A stretch of 64,000 nucleotides of DNA from Balanoglossus misakiensis (lineage: Eukaryota > Animalia > Hemichordata): assembly GCA_040954595.2 (NCBI GenBank), contig CM082585.2:2510902-2574901 (forward strand). Direction: 5' to 3'. Below, piece by piece: positions 1 to 11,726 of the stretch. Position numbers and translations under genes: made by a program. Below the pieces are notes generated by a model. That model ran no database searches. It saw only the letters and a list, made by a program, of their open reading frames with translations, and had not been told where the DNA came from. Each line of letters begins with the position of its first letter. The first letter of the stretch is position 1.

Positions 1-12
1 CAATTAGTTATA

Positions 13-3000
13 TACCTTGAGTGCCGGAAATAAACGTCATAAACTAACTGACATCTATGGTTTCTCTGGTACCGGGATTTTTTCATTACGTGGTACCACG
101 CTTTTCAACTGGTTGCTCGACGATGTCCGTAACCGACCTGAATGAGTTTGCGCCCTCATGAGTCCGAGTACGGCCACATGTTTGCCCTGAGCAAGTAACC
201 CTTGACCCTGACGTCAAAAGGTCAATGTAATGATTGTGATTCATTCGATTTGTCGCACACGGAAGTGATGAAAAAGACGTTCGCGCTATGCCAAAACGTC
301 AACAACTCACTGCAATACAACTTCTACAAATGTTAGAAGATGATGGGGATAGTGATTACGATGATAGCGGTACAGAAGCGGATGAAATAACGGGCGATGA
401 TGATGTTTTCAATGGGTCGGCCAGAGACGAGCATGAGGACGTGGTGACGCCGACCAGAAATGATTTTGATAATGACGATGAAGATGCGGAAAATGAGGTA
501 AATGTCGCTAATGTCACTAGACGTAGTGATAATGGTAGTGATGGTGGTGGTGGTGGTGACTGTAGTGGGAGAGATGGTGCTGAAATCGAAGTCAATAACA
601 GTCGTAGTCATAGAGATAGACGTCGCCGTCGAGGTCGAGTGGTTGGTAATGAGGGTCAAGGCGATCTGGATGCGCGCGATGTAAGACGGCGAATTCGTGA
701 CAGAAATATCCCAACAGCAAATGAAAATGATACCCCAGAAACTGTAGACGATGCAGTAGCTGAAGATCAAGTTGGTGCCAGAGGTGATCAGGCAGATAAT
801 ATTCCATGGGAATGCCCACGGTCACCACTTCATTGGGTACAAGGTCATTTTCAAGGTCCTGACCTTCATGAGTTCACTGGTACACCGGGCCTCCTGGTTG
901 AAACGGAGGGGTTTACCCCAATTGATTTCTTCCAGCTATACGTGAATGAGGATTTGATAAACCACTTTGTCACCCAAACCAACCTATATGCCCAACAATT
1001 CATAGATGCCAATCCAGCATTGCCAAGATACTCAAATGTCCATTTCTGGCACCCAGTAGATGTTGCTACCATGAAAAAATTTCTTGGTTTACTGCTGTTG
1101 ATGGGTATCATAAAGAAACCATCCATATCACTATATTGGTCCACTGATCCATTGTACAGCACACCATTATTTGGTAGTGTTATGACAAGAAATTATTTTC
1201 AACTACTGTTGAAATTTTTCCACCTCAACGATAACAGCATCAGTCCTGACCCCCAAGATCCACAGAGAGATAGACTTTTCAAGATCCGTCCGCTTTTAGA
1301 TCACTTCTTTGAGAAGTTTCAAGCTGTGTACACCGTAGACAGAAATGTAGCTATTGATGAGTCTCTACTTCTTTGGAAAGGGCGTCTGTTCTTCAGGCAG
1401 TACATCCCATTGAAACGAGCCAGATTCGGGATCAAGATATTTGCCCTGTGTGACAAGTCAGGGTATACCTACAGGTTTCAGGTATACACAGGACGGGAAG
1501 ACAACACCCAAGATGTAACAGCCCTCCTACCAAGAAATGTCAGTCATTTCAAGAAGCCAGAAAAGATGGTGTTGTATTTAATATTACCACTCCTCGGCCA
1601 GGGATACTCAGCCTATATGGATAACTGGTACACAACATCTCGTCTCTTCTACTACTTACATCATCAGTCAACGATGGCTTGTGGTACAATTCGTCTAAAC
1701 AACCTTCCACCCGTTGTCCGTACAACCAGAGTGCCACAAGATGCAACTACATCCTTCCATAGTGGACCTCTACTCTGCCTCAAATTCAAAGACAAGAAAG
1801 ATGTCCATGTCCTGACAACTATTCATGATGACAGCACGAGAGTGTACAATGCAAGGGGAAGGGCACGGCGGCAGAGACAAGTCCAGAAGCCACAGGCAGT
1901 AATCGACTACAATACCAACATGGGAGGTGTTGATGTAGCAGATCAAGTATCCTTGAAAAGTATTATTATTGTATTTTTGTGGAATGTTGTTTCTTGCTTC
2001 TGTGTTTTGTTTTGGTTCTGACAATGGCATTGCATTTAGTACATGATTAGAATGATCAGATTCAAATTTGAAGTGGCTAAAGTGATGACTTACAAATTCT
2101 GTCCGGATATACTCATGCACACAAACTTTATTTATCAATTCTTACATGTAGATATTGTTTTCTCTGATTTGTGTGCATGTTTACAATTTTACTGTATTCT
2201 GGTTTATAAACTTCATATTTATCTGTTACCGGGGTTAGATCATCCAAGTGTAAAAATGAATCCAACTATTCAATTCAATTCATTTCAAACAATTATATTT
2301 CTCATTCATTACAATGAACAGTGAAAAGTGTGATCCTTGACGATTTGTTTCTCTAGATGATTCAACCTTACAATGCTGCCCGTAAAACACTGAAATGGTA
2401 CAAGAAGTTGGCTGTGCATTTCATACAGATTGCTTTACTCAATGCTCACATTCTGTATAGAAAGAGTGGTGGACAATGTGACTTTCTGAAGTTCCAGCAT
2501 CACGTAAGTACACATTTATGCATTGTTGATATACATACACAATATGTAACAAAATGATCAGTTGCAATAAAAAATGTTTTTATTTTTGTGTAAGTACATA
2601 TAGATATGTGATATTTGTTTTATTCTTTTACATTACAGGTTATTTCCAGTCTGATCTTCAACACAGATGCACCTGACCACACCAACAAGACTGAAGCTAT
2701 GATAAGATTGACTGAGCGCCACTTTCCCAGTAAGCTGTTGCCGACAGCAACATGGAGTAAACCACAGAGAAGATGCCGTGTTTGTTCCAAGCGTGGAGTC
2801 AGACGAGATGTTAACACATACTGTGAGAGTTGTCCAAGTCAACCTGGACTCTGTAGCGTTCCATGTTTTAAAATATGGCACACACAGTTGCGATTTTGAG
2901 CCGGACACATTATACGTGATAATGTTACCTCACATGATCAAGTCATTTTGATCACAAATAATATGTAAATAACAACTGAATATTTTTCAGTAAAAGAATC

Positions 3001-3958
3001 TACTAAATTTTAATTAATGAATCAATGTTGCTTGCTGAGTATATTTCAAGTCGCATTTATTTATTTTTAAAAAATCTAAAGCAAAATGTAATTGTTCAAT
3101 GAATTTTGAATGACACCATATATTGAATTTTAGCATGTTTTATACGGACCATGTTTTCAGTGTTGATTTGTTCCATTTATTTATCTTCATCTGAAGATAA
3201 ATATGTTGTGAATGTTGTGAAAAGTGAATAAATATGTTGTTCAGTTTACATGCAACAATCTTTGTGGATATATTTGAATGCAGGTTGGGCAAGCAGAGCG
3301 AGGGAAATAATTTCATTGAAGAGACATCACTTGTCAAATATGGCGGCCATATTGGTTTTGTCACATGGTCTGTCATGTGACCTGGCTCATGACGATCAAA
3401 CAATTTTTATCAAAAAAACACTGATCAAACTATTTATCAAAACAACACTGGCTTGACATTATGTTGACTGCATCAACAAGTGGTGCCAACATATCTTTGA
3501 TTTTACTATGTATGTAGATAATCAGCTTGTTCAGTAATAATTACATCAATCAGTTATGTCCAAATTCAATAGCATAATTTTTAATTTTCAAACATATGAA
3601 ACACTCAGAGTGCCAAGAGTTGTTTGTTATTATTAAAAATGTGCAAAAAAGCATAAAATATTTCTTGATATTTCATTTTAGGTTGCTCAATGGATAAATA
3701 TTATTTCAAAATATCATCAACCATTCATATTCCATGGCAGTGCTGGTCACGTGACAGGTCACATGACTGATCACGTGACACAATATTTTAATTAAAACAA
3801 AGCTTAGTTAATAATGATTCAGAAAATATATAGTTTGTGCATTCAAACATCAACTCATCAAACACAATTGACTGTTAACTGACTACACCCAGTTTTATGC
3901 CCATTTGTATATATTGGCTGTGGTATATGGTATTACATAGGCAATGGTAGTCAAGGGG
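13..3958 (+). mobile_element. piggyBac-superfamily DNA transposon (right end clear, left end degenerate or uncertain)
   Basis: The right end GGTAGTCAAGGGG (3946-3958) is followed by TTAA (3959-3962). The candidate left end TACCTTGAGTGCC (13-25) matches its reverse complement at 9/13 and is preceded by TATA rather than TTAA. The interval encloses a piggyBac transposase. Confidence 0.7.
288..2899 (+). CDS. piggyBac transposase (PGBD4-like), spliced: exons 288-1946, 2357-2503, 2639-2899; 688 aa
   Basis: Acidic N-terminus and DDD motifs VAIDES, YMDNWY and MGGVDVAD. Phase-0 introns 1947-2356 (GTAT...CTCTAG) and 2504-2638 (GTAAGT...TTACAG). Exon 2 carries KWYKKL. Exon 3 ends in the Cys-rich domain CRVC...CESC...LC...CFKIWH. 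No stops in the spliced frame. Confidence 0.9.
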
Positions 3959-4632
3959 TTAACACACAAGCCCAATTATTATTTATCCTCAAAGGTGTGT
4001 TTCGAGCCAAGATATGCTCTTTAAGTGATTAACAGAGCTATTTGTTATAATTTCTTGGCTGTCCTGGGCCCATGAAATTTCTCTCTTCCCTTTAAAAACT
4101 TATTTCCTTCATGAAAAAAAAGTATTTCTACTTATAAGGATCCAAATACTTTACGAGAATATGCATTCTAACTGTGTTTGTGCAACTGACAGGAGAACTG
4201 GTCCAAGTGACCGCATACGGGTCTAGCGCCACCACTCGTCTGGGACTCTCGTTTACCTTGACCTTTGCCAACTTGACCCGGATTTGTGGTTGTTTCTATT
4301 GTCAGTCCTCCAGTGCTATAAAACATGGCGTTGTTGTAGTGTTCGAGTTGCCAATGAAGTGTGAGTATCATTTTTAATAAAAGTGATTGGATACTGGTCT
4401 AGGGGGTGTATGTAACAATTGGAATCAAAACTTTGAATTCGTATTTGAACAGCTCTACAATCTCAGTACTGCACTGGTACATTTGGTCAAACATCTGCCT
4501 CTTCAGCAGCATATGCCGTTGTTGCACTGCAGGGCCAGTACACATATCAACAAGCAGTAGGCGACTGCGTTCAGTAGAAGAACTGTTCTTTTTTGTTTTT
4601 TCTAAACATACACTTAAAAGATAATAAAAATT

Positions 4633-6706
4633 AAAGCTGCAAGCAGCATTGAAGGGGCCCAAGCATAGAGTTAATAACCATTAGACTCCATTCAGGGTTG
4701 TACCATTCAAATGCGTAGGCTGTATTTGCTCTCGATGTTGAGATATGGGGAGTAGGCAACCACCTGAAATGCATGTCGTACAAGTACAAAAACAACAACC
4801 AAAGGTGAACTTCTACGTTGTAAGTACTTCAGTAAGTACTTCAAAGGTCAGCTGAGGGTACCCAAAAATTGGACCAAAAATTTTGATTCTTATTTGGTTC
4901 ATATTCAGGACAACGGAAAATCCTCGCCCTTTGAGTTGGTCAAATTAGGTATGACCATAAAATGAGTTACGCAAGTAAGTTACAGGTGGCCCCAGGAATT
5001 TAGCATTTCATGACGCAGAGGTCCTACCCTACCCCTCCAAACACCTGGCTATATATGATTTGCATGCTAACATATGGAAAGCAGGTCAATGGACACCTGA
5101 GGTCAACCAAATATTTGACAAAAAAATTTCATTCCTGTTTATGTCATGTGCAACAAATCCTACATTTGCAGCCCTTTCACTTTGCCTACCATTAGGTATG
5201 CACGGAATACATGAATCAAGCAGGTGTCACAGGTATCCCCATGTATTTGGCATTTCATGATAGTTTCATCCCTCCAAATACCAAAGCTGCAGCTGTACAA
5301 CGTGCTGAGATATGGCACTGTACGACAGAGGTCATCCAAATCACCTTATACATTTGGGCAAAAACCAACTGACACTTACATTCGTCCGTGTGGAACAAAA
5401 ACCACACATATCGCCCTGTTGGTTAGTGTTCAATTAAATGTACAAAATCAATGACTTCGGCAGGTGCAACGGGTGACCCCGCCTTTGGTATATCATTATG
5501 GTCCCATCCGTATATCCCCCCCCCCCACCACGCCAAAGCTGCATGCATCTGCTGTTATTCACTAAGCAAAAGTAGGTGAAATGTCACATAAGGTCGCCCA
5601 CAACTTGACAGGAAAATCGGACTTCATATTGATCCATGTGCAACAAATACCATGCTAGCATCCCTTTCATTGACCCCACAATTACGCATGCACGTAATAG
5701 AGTTACGCAGGTGTCACAGGTGACCCCCGAATCGGGCGTATTATTTTGGTCCCATAGAGCTGCATGAAGCTGCGTGCCATTACGGGCGACATGATAACCC
5801 CCACGGCCACCTGCGGGCCGAACCCCATACTGAACGTTCAGTTGCAACGTCACGACTGAAGTAGGAACATTTGAACGGCAACGAAGCCTGATCTCTGATT
5901 ATTGCTGGTACCATACTCCCTTTGTGCAAGAAAATCACTGGTCTGCTTATGTATTTCGGCCAATTTCCCGAACTACTATCCACTACATGTGACTACCTAA
6001 ATGCTAATGAAACCTCCCACAACATTAGCGACTGAGGGTCAAAGTCCGCTGCCGCATTACATTGAATGTTAACCAGTGTAGCCGGGGCTGCAGAGACACA
6101 TTTAAACGGCAACAGCTAACAAACTCAGCGTAATTCAATAAATCGCCCTTACACAGCCTGAACTCCGATAATTTTCCCAAAATTCATTCTGTGGAAAATA
6201 ATCACTGGTCTGTTTACGTATTTCAGCCGATTTTCCAAGGACTACTGCAACCCTCCTGCTAATGAGATCTCCACAACATTACGTAATGACGGTCAAAGTC
6301 CGATGCCCCAGTGTTTGTCCTCAGCCCACCAAAAAATGCGAAAAATATTACAAAAATCTTCTTCTCAAAATCGACGTGGCCTAGGACCTTAAAATTTGGC
6401 ACAGGGGATTTTGGCCACATGGTCTACGAAAATCGCGAAACGAATGTACATGCCCCCATTAACGTGCAAATTAGGTCAATTTGAAAATTTCGCTCGATTA
6501 TAGCCACCAAGTCACGTGACTAATTACAAATTCAAAGGGCAGGTGCACTAGTACTCATGGGCCCCAACCACCGTGCCAAGTTTCATAGGCGTAGACCCAG
6601 GGATTTTTTAGCAAAACGGGAGCAAAAAAACGACTCAAGAAGAAAGAAGAAAAACTCCAGCAATAACAGAAGGGGACCAAGCGCCCTCAGGCGCTTGGTC
6701 CCCTAA
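4633..6706 (-). mobile_element. Non-autonomous Helentron/Helitron2-type element (HINE/DINE-1-like architecture)
   Basis: Terminal stem-loop GCTGC-AA-GCAGC (4636-4647). Subterminal inverted repeats AGGGGCCCAAGC (4653-4664) and GCTTGGTCCCCT (6693-6704). Perfect 15-bp hairpin at 6671-6704, a short AAGA microsatellite near 6637-6655, degenerate internal duplications and A/T-run flanks. The core near 6510-6595 is shared with 60290-60375. Confidence 0.75.
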
Positions 6707-7786
6707 AAATGAAATATCAGCCTTGAAAAAGAAGTCTGAGTGCAAACTAGCACAGAATTAATAGTGACATCATCGGTGGCACACAGAAACTGAGGATCAA
6801 TAATTAGTTCATTGGCGCATCATCTTACTTGTAATGGTATTTTTTGTGGGAGCTGCAAGCCATTATGTTTTACTACCACAAATAAATTGATGCTAATTGA
6901 TTATTCATAAAAGTACACAGTTCCATATCTACACTGAGTAGTGTTGTTTAGTTTGATTTAGTTGTGGAGTGGTCGAGGGTCCCTTGCTGTATCTTAAGGA
7001 GTGACCGATGGCCATTTGTGGTACCTCTCTCGTCATCCTTAAAACTGCTGCCTTGTACATAAACACTTGCCTAAGGCGTCGGCGATTTTAGGGTGGGTGG
7101 GTGGGTGCTCTCTGTCATGCTCCGCCGTGAGAAGGCATGGGCACTACATCTGGGTAGAACCTTATATACCAGACCTCATGCATATTCATATATAGTAAAC
7201 CAATCACTACGCAGTGTAGCTAGTTCCCCATCTACACTGCGTAGTGTTGTTTAGTTTGATTTAGTTTGATTTAGTGGTCGAGGGTCCCTTGCCTCCTCTC
7301 TTGGTCTCTCGACCGTACCCCAAAAACATACCCCTCTCCAATACTCATCACGCACATCCACAAATACCACACAGAGCTGAAAAGGTAAAAAAACCCTCAA
7401 TTCAATATCTTTCGTAATCAAAACGACAATCAATTGGTTTTTGTTTTTGTTTTTGTTTTGTTTTTGTTGGTTTTTTTTTGGGGGGGGGGAACATAATAAA
7501 CCGGGCATAGGGTTAGAAACCCCCGCCTAGTTGAGACAGAAGGGACTGTAATTAGACTACAGTACACCTCCCCCAGGCACGCCCCCATTTCCCCACATGT
7601 GCAAACCATTCATACAGCAACAGAACATTTTACATTACGTTCTTATTTTCCTTTAATCATCATTATCAATTCTGTGTTACAATACAATAGACACTATAGA
7701 ATTCCAGCCAAGGTGTCCGCTTTATATCATATGTAGCCATACATCAGGCAGGCAAATCACCGTAAACCTGTACTAATAGCAATAAC

Positions 7787-8413
7787 CTATTTGGTATCTC
7801 TACCTGAACGGGAACGGTAATATTCCCTTCTCCCATCATCATATCTATCAAATCTATCGTAGCGATCATACCTATCACGTCTACCATAACAAAACCTAGC
7901 TATATGTCCAATTCTATTACACTTCCAACATCGCAAACTTGATCTTTCTCTATTCTCTCTGCGATCAGCATTTAAATGGGTATTACTAACGGCTTTCTTC
8001 ACTTTTGCAATTTTCTCTAAGATCTCTGCATGTTCACCTGATCCAAGTAGGGAAAGCAACATCTGAGGCATAGCGGGTGATTGCCTCTCTTTACGCAGAG
8101 CCCGTAACATGGCTACGTATTTATGATAGTCCTTATGTCCTATATCCATCGATATGTCCACGAGCATTTCCAGGCGAGCCAAAGCTTCTTCTGGACTAAA
8201 AGCCGCTTCGTCCCGTTCAGCATACAACCGCAACTCTGTCAGATATCTTTCGAACCTGTCGTAGGATTCCAGTCGAGGGCCACTTGACATCTCCTGTCTT
8301 CGAGTATGTGCGGGTCCCTGCAATGCACCAATCAAAGCATAAACCTTAGCACCTGGGGTACGCCGCACGTTTAGCGTGTAATTTACATGACAATTACTTC
8401 TGGCCACACCCAT
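7787..8413 (-). CDS. Gag-like protein with CCHC zinc knuckle (true start uncertain)
   Basis: 208-aa ORF with CWKCNRIGHIARFC (Cx2Cx4Hx4C), an Arg/Asp/Tyr-rich tail and a helical-looking core, located inside the split-direct-repeat element. Confidence 0.75.
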   Translation of the reverse strand: MGVARSNCHVNYTLNVRRTPGAKVYALIGALQGPAHTRRQEMSSGPRLESYDRFERYLTELRLYAERDEAAFSPEEALARLEMLVDISMDIGHKDYHKYVAMLRALRKERQSPAMPQMLLSLLGSGEHAEILEKIAKVKKAVSNTHLNADRRENRERSSLRCWKCNRIGHIARFCYGRRDRYDRYDRFDRYDDGRREYYRSRSGRDTK

Positions 8414-8477
8414 TCACAGTCAGCCTGCAATATTTTCCTCTGCAGCAGTCATATTCATTCCAACTAGCGCTCGATAA

Positions 8478-8842
8478 TTCGTCAACCCAAATGTTACAAC
8501 CTGCCATGACCAATCCGACTACCTTTTCACATTATGTAACGAGTACACCGATTCCAGACTCGTCAAACCCAAATACGAAAAGAAAAACACTTGGGGACGA
8601 CTCATTACCTTCATTACCATTCATTACAGTCTCAGTTTTTTCATGGGGACGACTCAAGTTTCTTCTCCATTAACAACGGTAAATTCGTCAACCCAAAACC
8701 GTATTTCATAACTTTCCATGGGGACGACTCAATACTCAGTTTCTTCGCCATTAACAACTGTCAATTCGTCATACCCACAACCATATTTATAACTCTTCAT
8801 GGGGACGACTCAATAATCACTTCTCTTTCGTCAGACCCAAAT
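8478..8842. repeat. Degenerate internal tandem repeat (~50-80 bp) in the gag-only element
   Basis: TGGGGACGACTCA recurs near 8592, 8644, 8719 and 8800. TCGTCAACCCAAA-like motifs recur near 8479, 8560, 8685 and 8828. Confidence 0.6.
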
Positions 8843-10450
8843 ACATCACATTCTCATTCGAAATGACTCCAGTCCCAGTTCCCGATTATATCTTCGGTCT
8901 TGAACGCAGAATATCAGAATACAAGCTGGCTGTGGAAAGACAACACAGCAAAATGCACCAAATAATATTCGATCTGCAAGGTGAAACTTGCCGCATCGAC
9001 TGGTTGCACTTGGCTGGTACCCGTTGAGGCTGTTCAGGTACTGGTAAGAGCGACAGTAGCATTGGTGGTAGTGGCAGTCGCAGTCCTGGTTGTAGACATT
9101 CTACTCACAGCCAAAGTATTGAGAACTGGTGTTTGCAGTGCTGTTACAACTGTTGCTTTTGTGGTTGGAGTTGCCATTCTGAATTCCACCTAGAAAACTT
9201 GATGACGAGCGAGGTACACGGAATATGCTCTCTGTCACGCTCCGCCGTGAGAAGGCATGGGCACTACATCTGTGTAGAACCTTATAAACCAGACCTCATG
9301 CATATTCATATATAGTCAACCAATCACTACGCAGTGTAGCTAGTTTTTGGAACTACTGCCGGCAGTGTAAAAACCCTAGCTAGTAACCTGCGGGTGAAAC
9401 AAGGCAACACTCGGTAGCTCCCGGGAACAGTTCAATTTCATGGTTATATAATTACATGTGCGGGTCCAGTGAAAAAATGGGTCCCGTGAACATTCCCAAA
9501 TTTATGCCTCGTCACCAAGGTCCTTGGAAAGAGGCACATATTAAAACAGGCACTTAGTCTGGTATTTTGCTTTGTCAACTTTGGACAAGCTTTACCCTTG
9601 CATGCCCCGTGAGTCACAATGCACATCAGGCATCAACATAACTTTAAAACACGATGACTTTTACACCGTGTGTAGGTTATATTATTGATTGCTACAATAT
9701 TTTCAGTGTTTGGGTGTTAAAATCAGCTTCATGTCAATATAATCCAGGCATTATCACTGAAGAGGTGTGAATGAGCGAAGGCATTTAAGGGACTCCTCTG
9801 TGCAAACACTGCCCTAGCTACCAGTTTTGAAGTTATATGATAAAGTGTATCACATCGACAGGCAATGCCCTTTACTGTAAGATGTTAAGTGTTACGTTTT
9901 TTGTGCTTTATTTTTCATAGCAATGGTGAAAAAAATAGTTTTTGGTGAATATAAAGCAATATTTTTTTTTTCAGTTTCCATCGTGACGTGAAGAATCATG
10001 ATGTTTATCAACCAATGAAATAGTATATAGCGATATATAAAAATGTCCTAATTGCTTGGAAAACTACATCCAACTATAACCTTCAACACTCCATATGCAA
10101 CATGTATTCAAAGCATAGTATGTTTCCACACTGAAAATGAATTACCTGGACTAAACTTCACAGTGGGTTATTAACAATGCACAGATTAGATAATTTGACA
10201 CAATAGTCAAAGGCTGATATTTGTCACTGTGTGTGACCAGGGTATCATTTTAAACACATACTGGACTTTGACTACTATGTCTGTTATGTTACAGGGGTCA
10301 TAGGTCATGGCGCTGGAGTGAACAGTGTGGTCACACCGTCACTAAAAGCAGGTCGAAATTTCATGGTAATAGTCCACCAGGTTTAACATTTGACATTACT
10401 GTTACTGATTTAAAGTTACCTAGAACGCTTGTAGCGGACCTGGAAGTGAT

Positions 10451-11224
10451 ATGGCAAACGCAACCCGAAATAAGAGCAAACAAGTCGGTACGGACAACCA
10501 AGACATCGCAGCGTACTTCAAAGATGGCGGCGGTACATCAGAACCGGGCGTGCGAGAAGGTGAGAGTGGCTTCTCTCGTGACTCGCTGAAAGCCTTAATG
10601 AAGGAATGTCTGCAGGACTTAGAGGAGAAAGTGGGCTCGATATCTGACCGGGTTTCAACGATTATAACTGAACAACGAAAGCTGTCTGAAAGAATGGAAC
10701 TTGTTGAAACGAAATACACTGAACTTGAAAAGGCCATGCAGTATGCATATGACGACATAGATACGCTGAAGGGAGAGAACGTGGAGTTGAAGGCAGACTT
10801 TCAGAAACTTCAAACAAAATTAGAGGAGTTTACCAAAAGAAATGAACAAGTTGAGAGTTCGGTGACAAGGCTTGAAAGATACTCCCGAAACTACAATCTC
10901 CGTATTGGAGGCATACCCGAAAAAGAAGATGAAAATTGCGTTGAAACCATAAAGAGACTCGCTGCAGAAAAGTTCAAGATGGCGGACATTTTGATTGACA
11001 ATGCCCACCGCAGTCCAAGTGTGAAAGACACTCGCAGTAAATCTGGCAAACCGAGGCATATCATCGTTAAACTCCCTCTTCGATTACAGCGGAGTGAACT
11101 ACTGAGAAACTGGCGTACGGCTTTCAGAGGTACGGACATTTTTGTCAAACCAGACTTGTGCCCAGCGGACTATAAAGTCAAGCAAAGCCTCCGTACAACG
11201 AAAAAAAGAAAGTCAAGTTCGTAA
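10451..11224 (+). CDS. LINE ORF1p (coiled coil + RRM); C-terminus frameshifted near 11200
   Basis: Heptad-rich N-terminal half followed by SRNYNLRIGGIPE, NAHR and PRHIIVK motifs typical of L1-type ORF1p. An ORF1-like tail KVKFVNGQLYIN continues in another frame to ~11292. Confidence 0.8.
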   Translation: MANATRNKSKQVGTDNQDIAAYFKDGGGTSEPGVREGESGFSRDSLKALMKECLQDLEEKVGSISDRVSTIITEQRKLSERMELVETKYTELEKAMQYAYDDIDTLKGENVELKADFQKLQTKLEEFTKRNEQVESSVTRLERYSRNYNLRIGGIPEKEDENCVETIKRLAAEKFKMADILIDNAHRSPSVKDTRSKSGKPRHIIVKLPLRLQRSELLRNWRTAFRGTDIFVKPDLCPADYKVKQSLRTTKKRKSSS

Positions 11225-11726
11225 ATGGTCAACTCTACATCAACAACTCAAAATACACGCCTTCACAACAAGATTACCAGCAAAGACATTGACTTGTTTA
11301 TCATATCCTTTTGATGTCAGTGTGAGAGCAATGTCGCTACTGGTGATCAGTCCTCTTTTACTTGTCTGTATACATGGACACCTGCCATTAGAGAAATGCT
11401 TTTTGTTGACCTGTTATTCGATGTTGTGATCATTCATGTCTTGTTTTTTCTCTCTCTCTCTTTTTTCATTTTACTGCATTAGTCAATTATGCTTTTGACT
11501 ATGGTTATCGCTGTTGGGGAGATATTCTTTCCCCACACCTCCCTAAATTGCTTTACCCCAGATCCGTCACCTTGCCTGTTGTTGTTTTTTTTTGTTTTGT
11601 TTTCGGTCTATGCTGAGCTCGTTGTAGAGTTCATTTTTTTTCCTTTTTTCTTTTCTATTTTGAAAATTTTGGGAGATTTAGAAAAAATTCAGTGCATCTT
11701 TGTACAGTTATTTTCTGTCAAATTTG

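Larger units (their letters stand above)
6919..9345 (-). mobile_element. Non-autonomous tyrosine-recombinase retrotransposon (PAT/Ngaro-type split direct repeats), gag only
   Basis: Repeat A lies at 9226-9345 and 7106-7225 (120 bp, 4 mismatches). Repeat B lies at 7222-7292 and 6919-6987. The minus-strand order is A1-gag-B1-A2-spacer-B2. No RT or YR coding is visible. Confidence 0.8.

Noticed and set aside
195-206. GTAACCCTTGAC as the piggyBac left end
   Set aside because: It matches only 8 bp of the TIR, lacks TTAA and lies only ~90 bp from the ATG. It is possible but no better supported than 13-25.
333-1746. Antisense and alternative-frame ORFs over the transposase (likewise over the LINE, Gypsy and Ngaro genes)
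   Set aside because: They are shadow ORFs of real coding sequence with no motifs of their own.
1947-2324. Hydrophobic C-terminus of ORF 288..2021 and ORF 2043..2324
   Set aside because: Both are read-through into intron 1 of the transposase.
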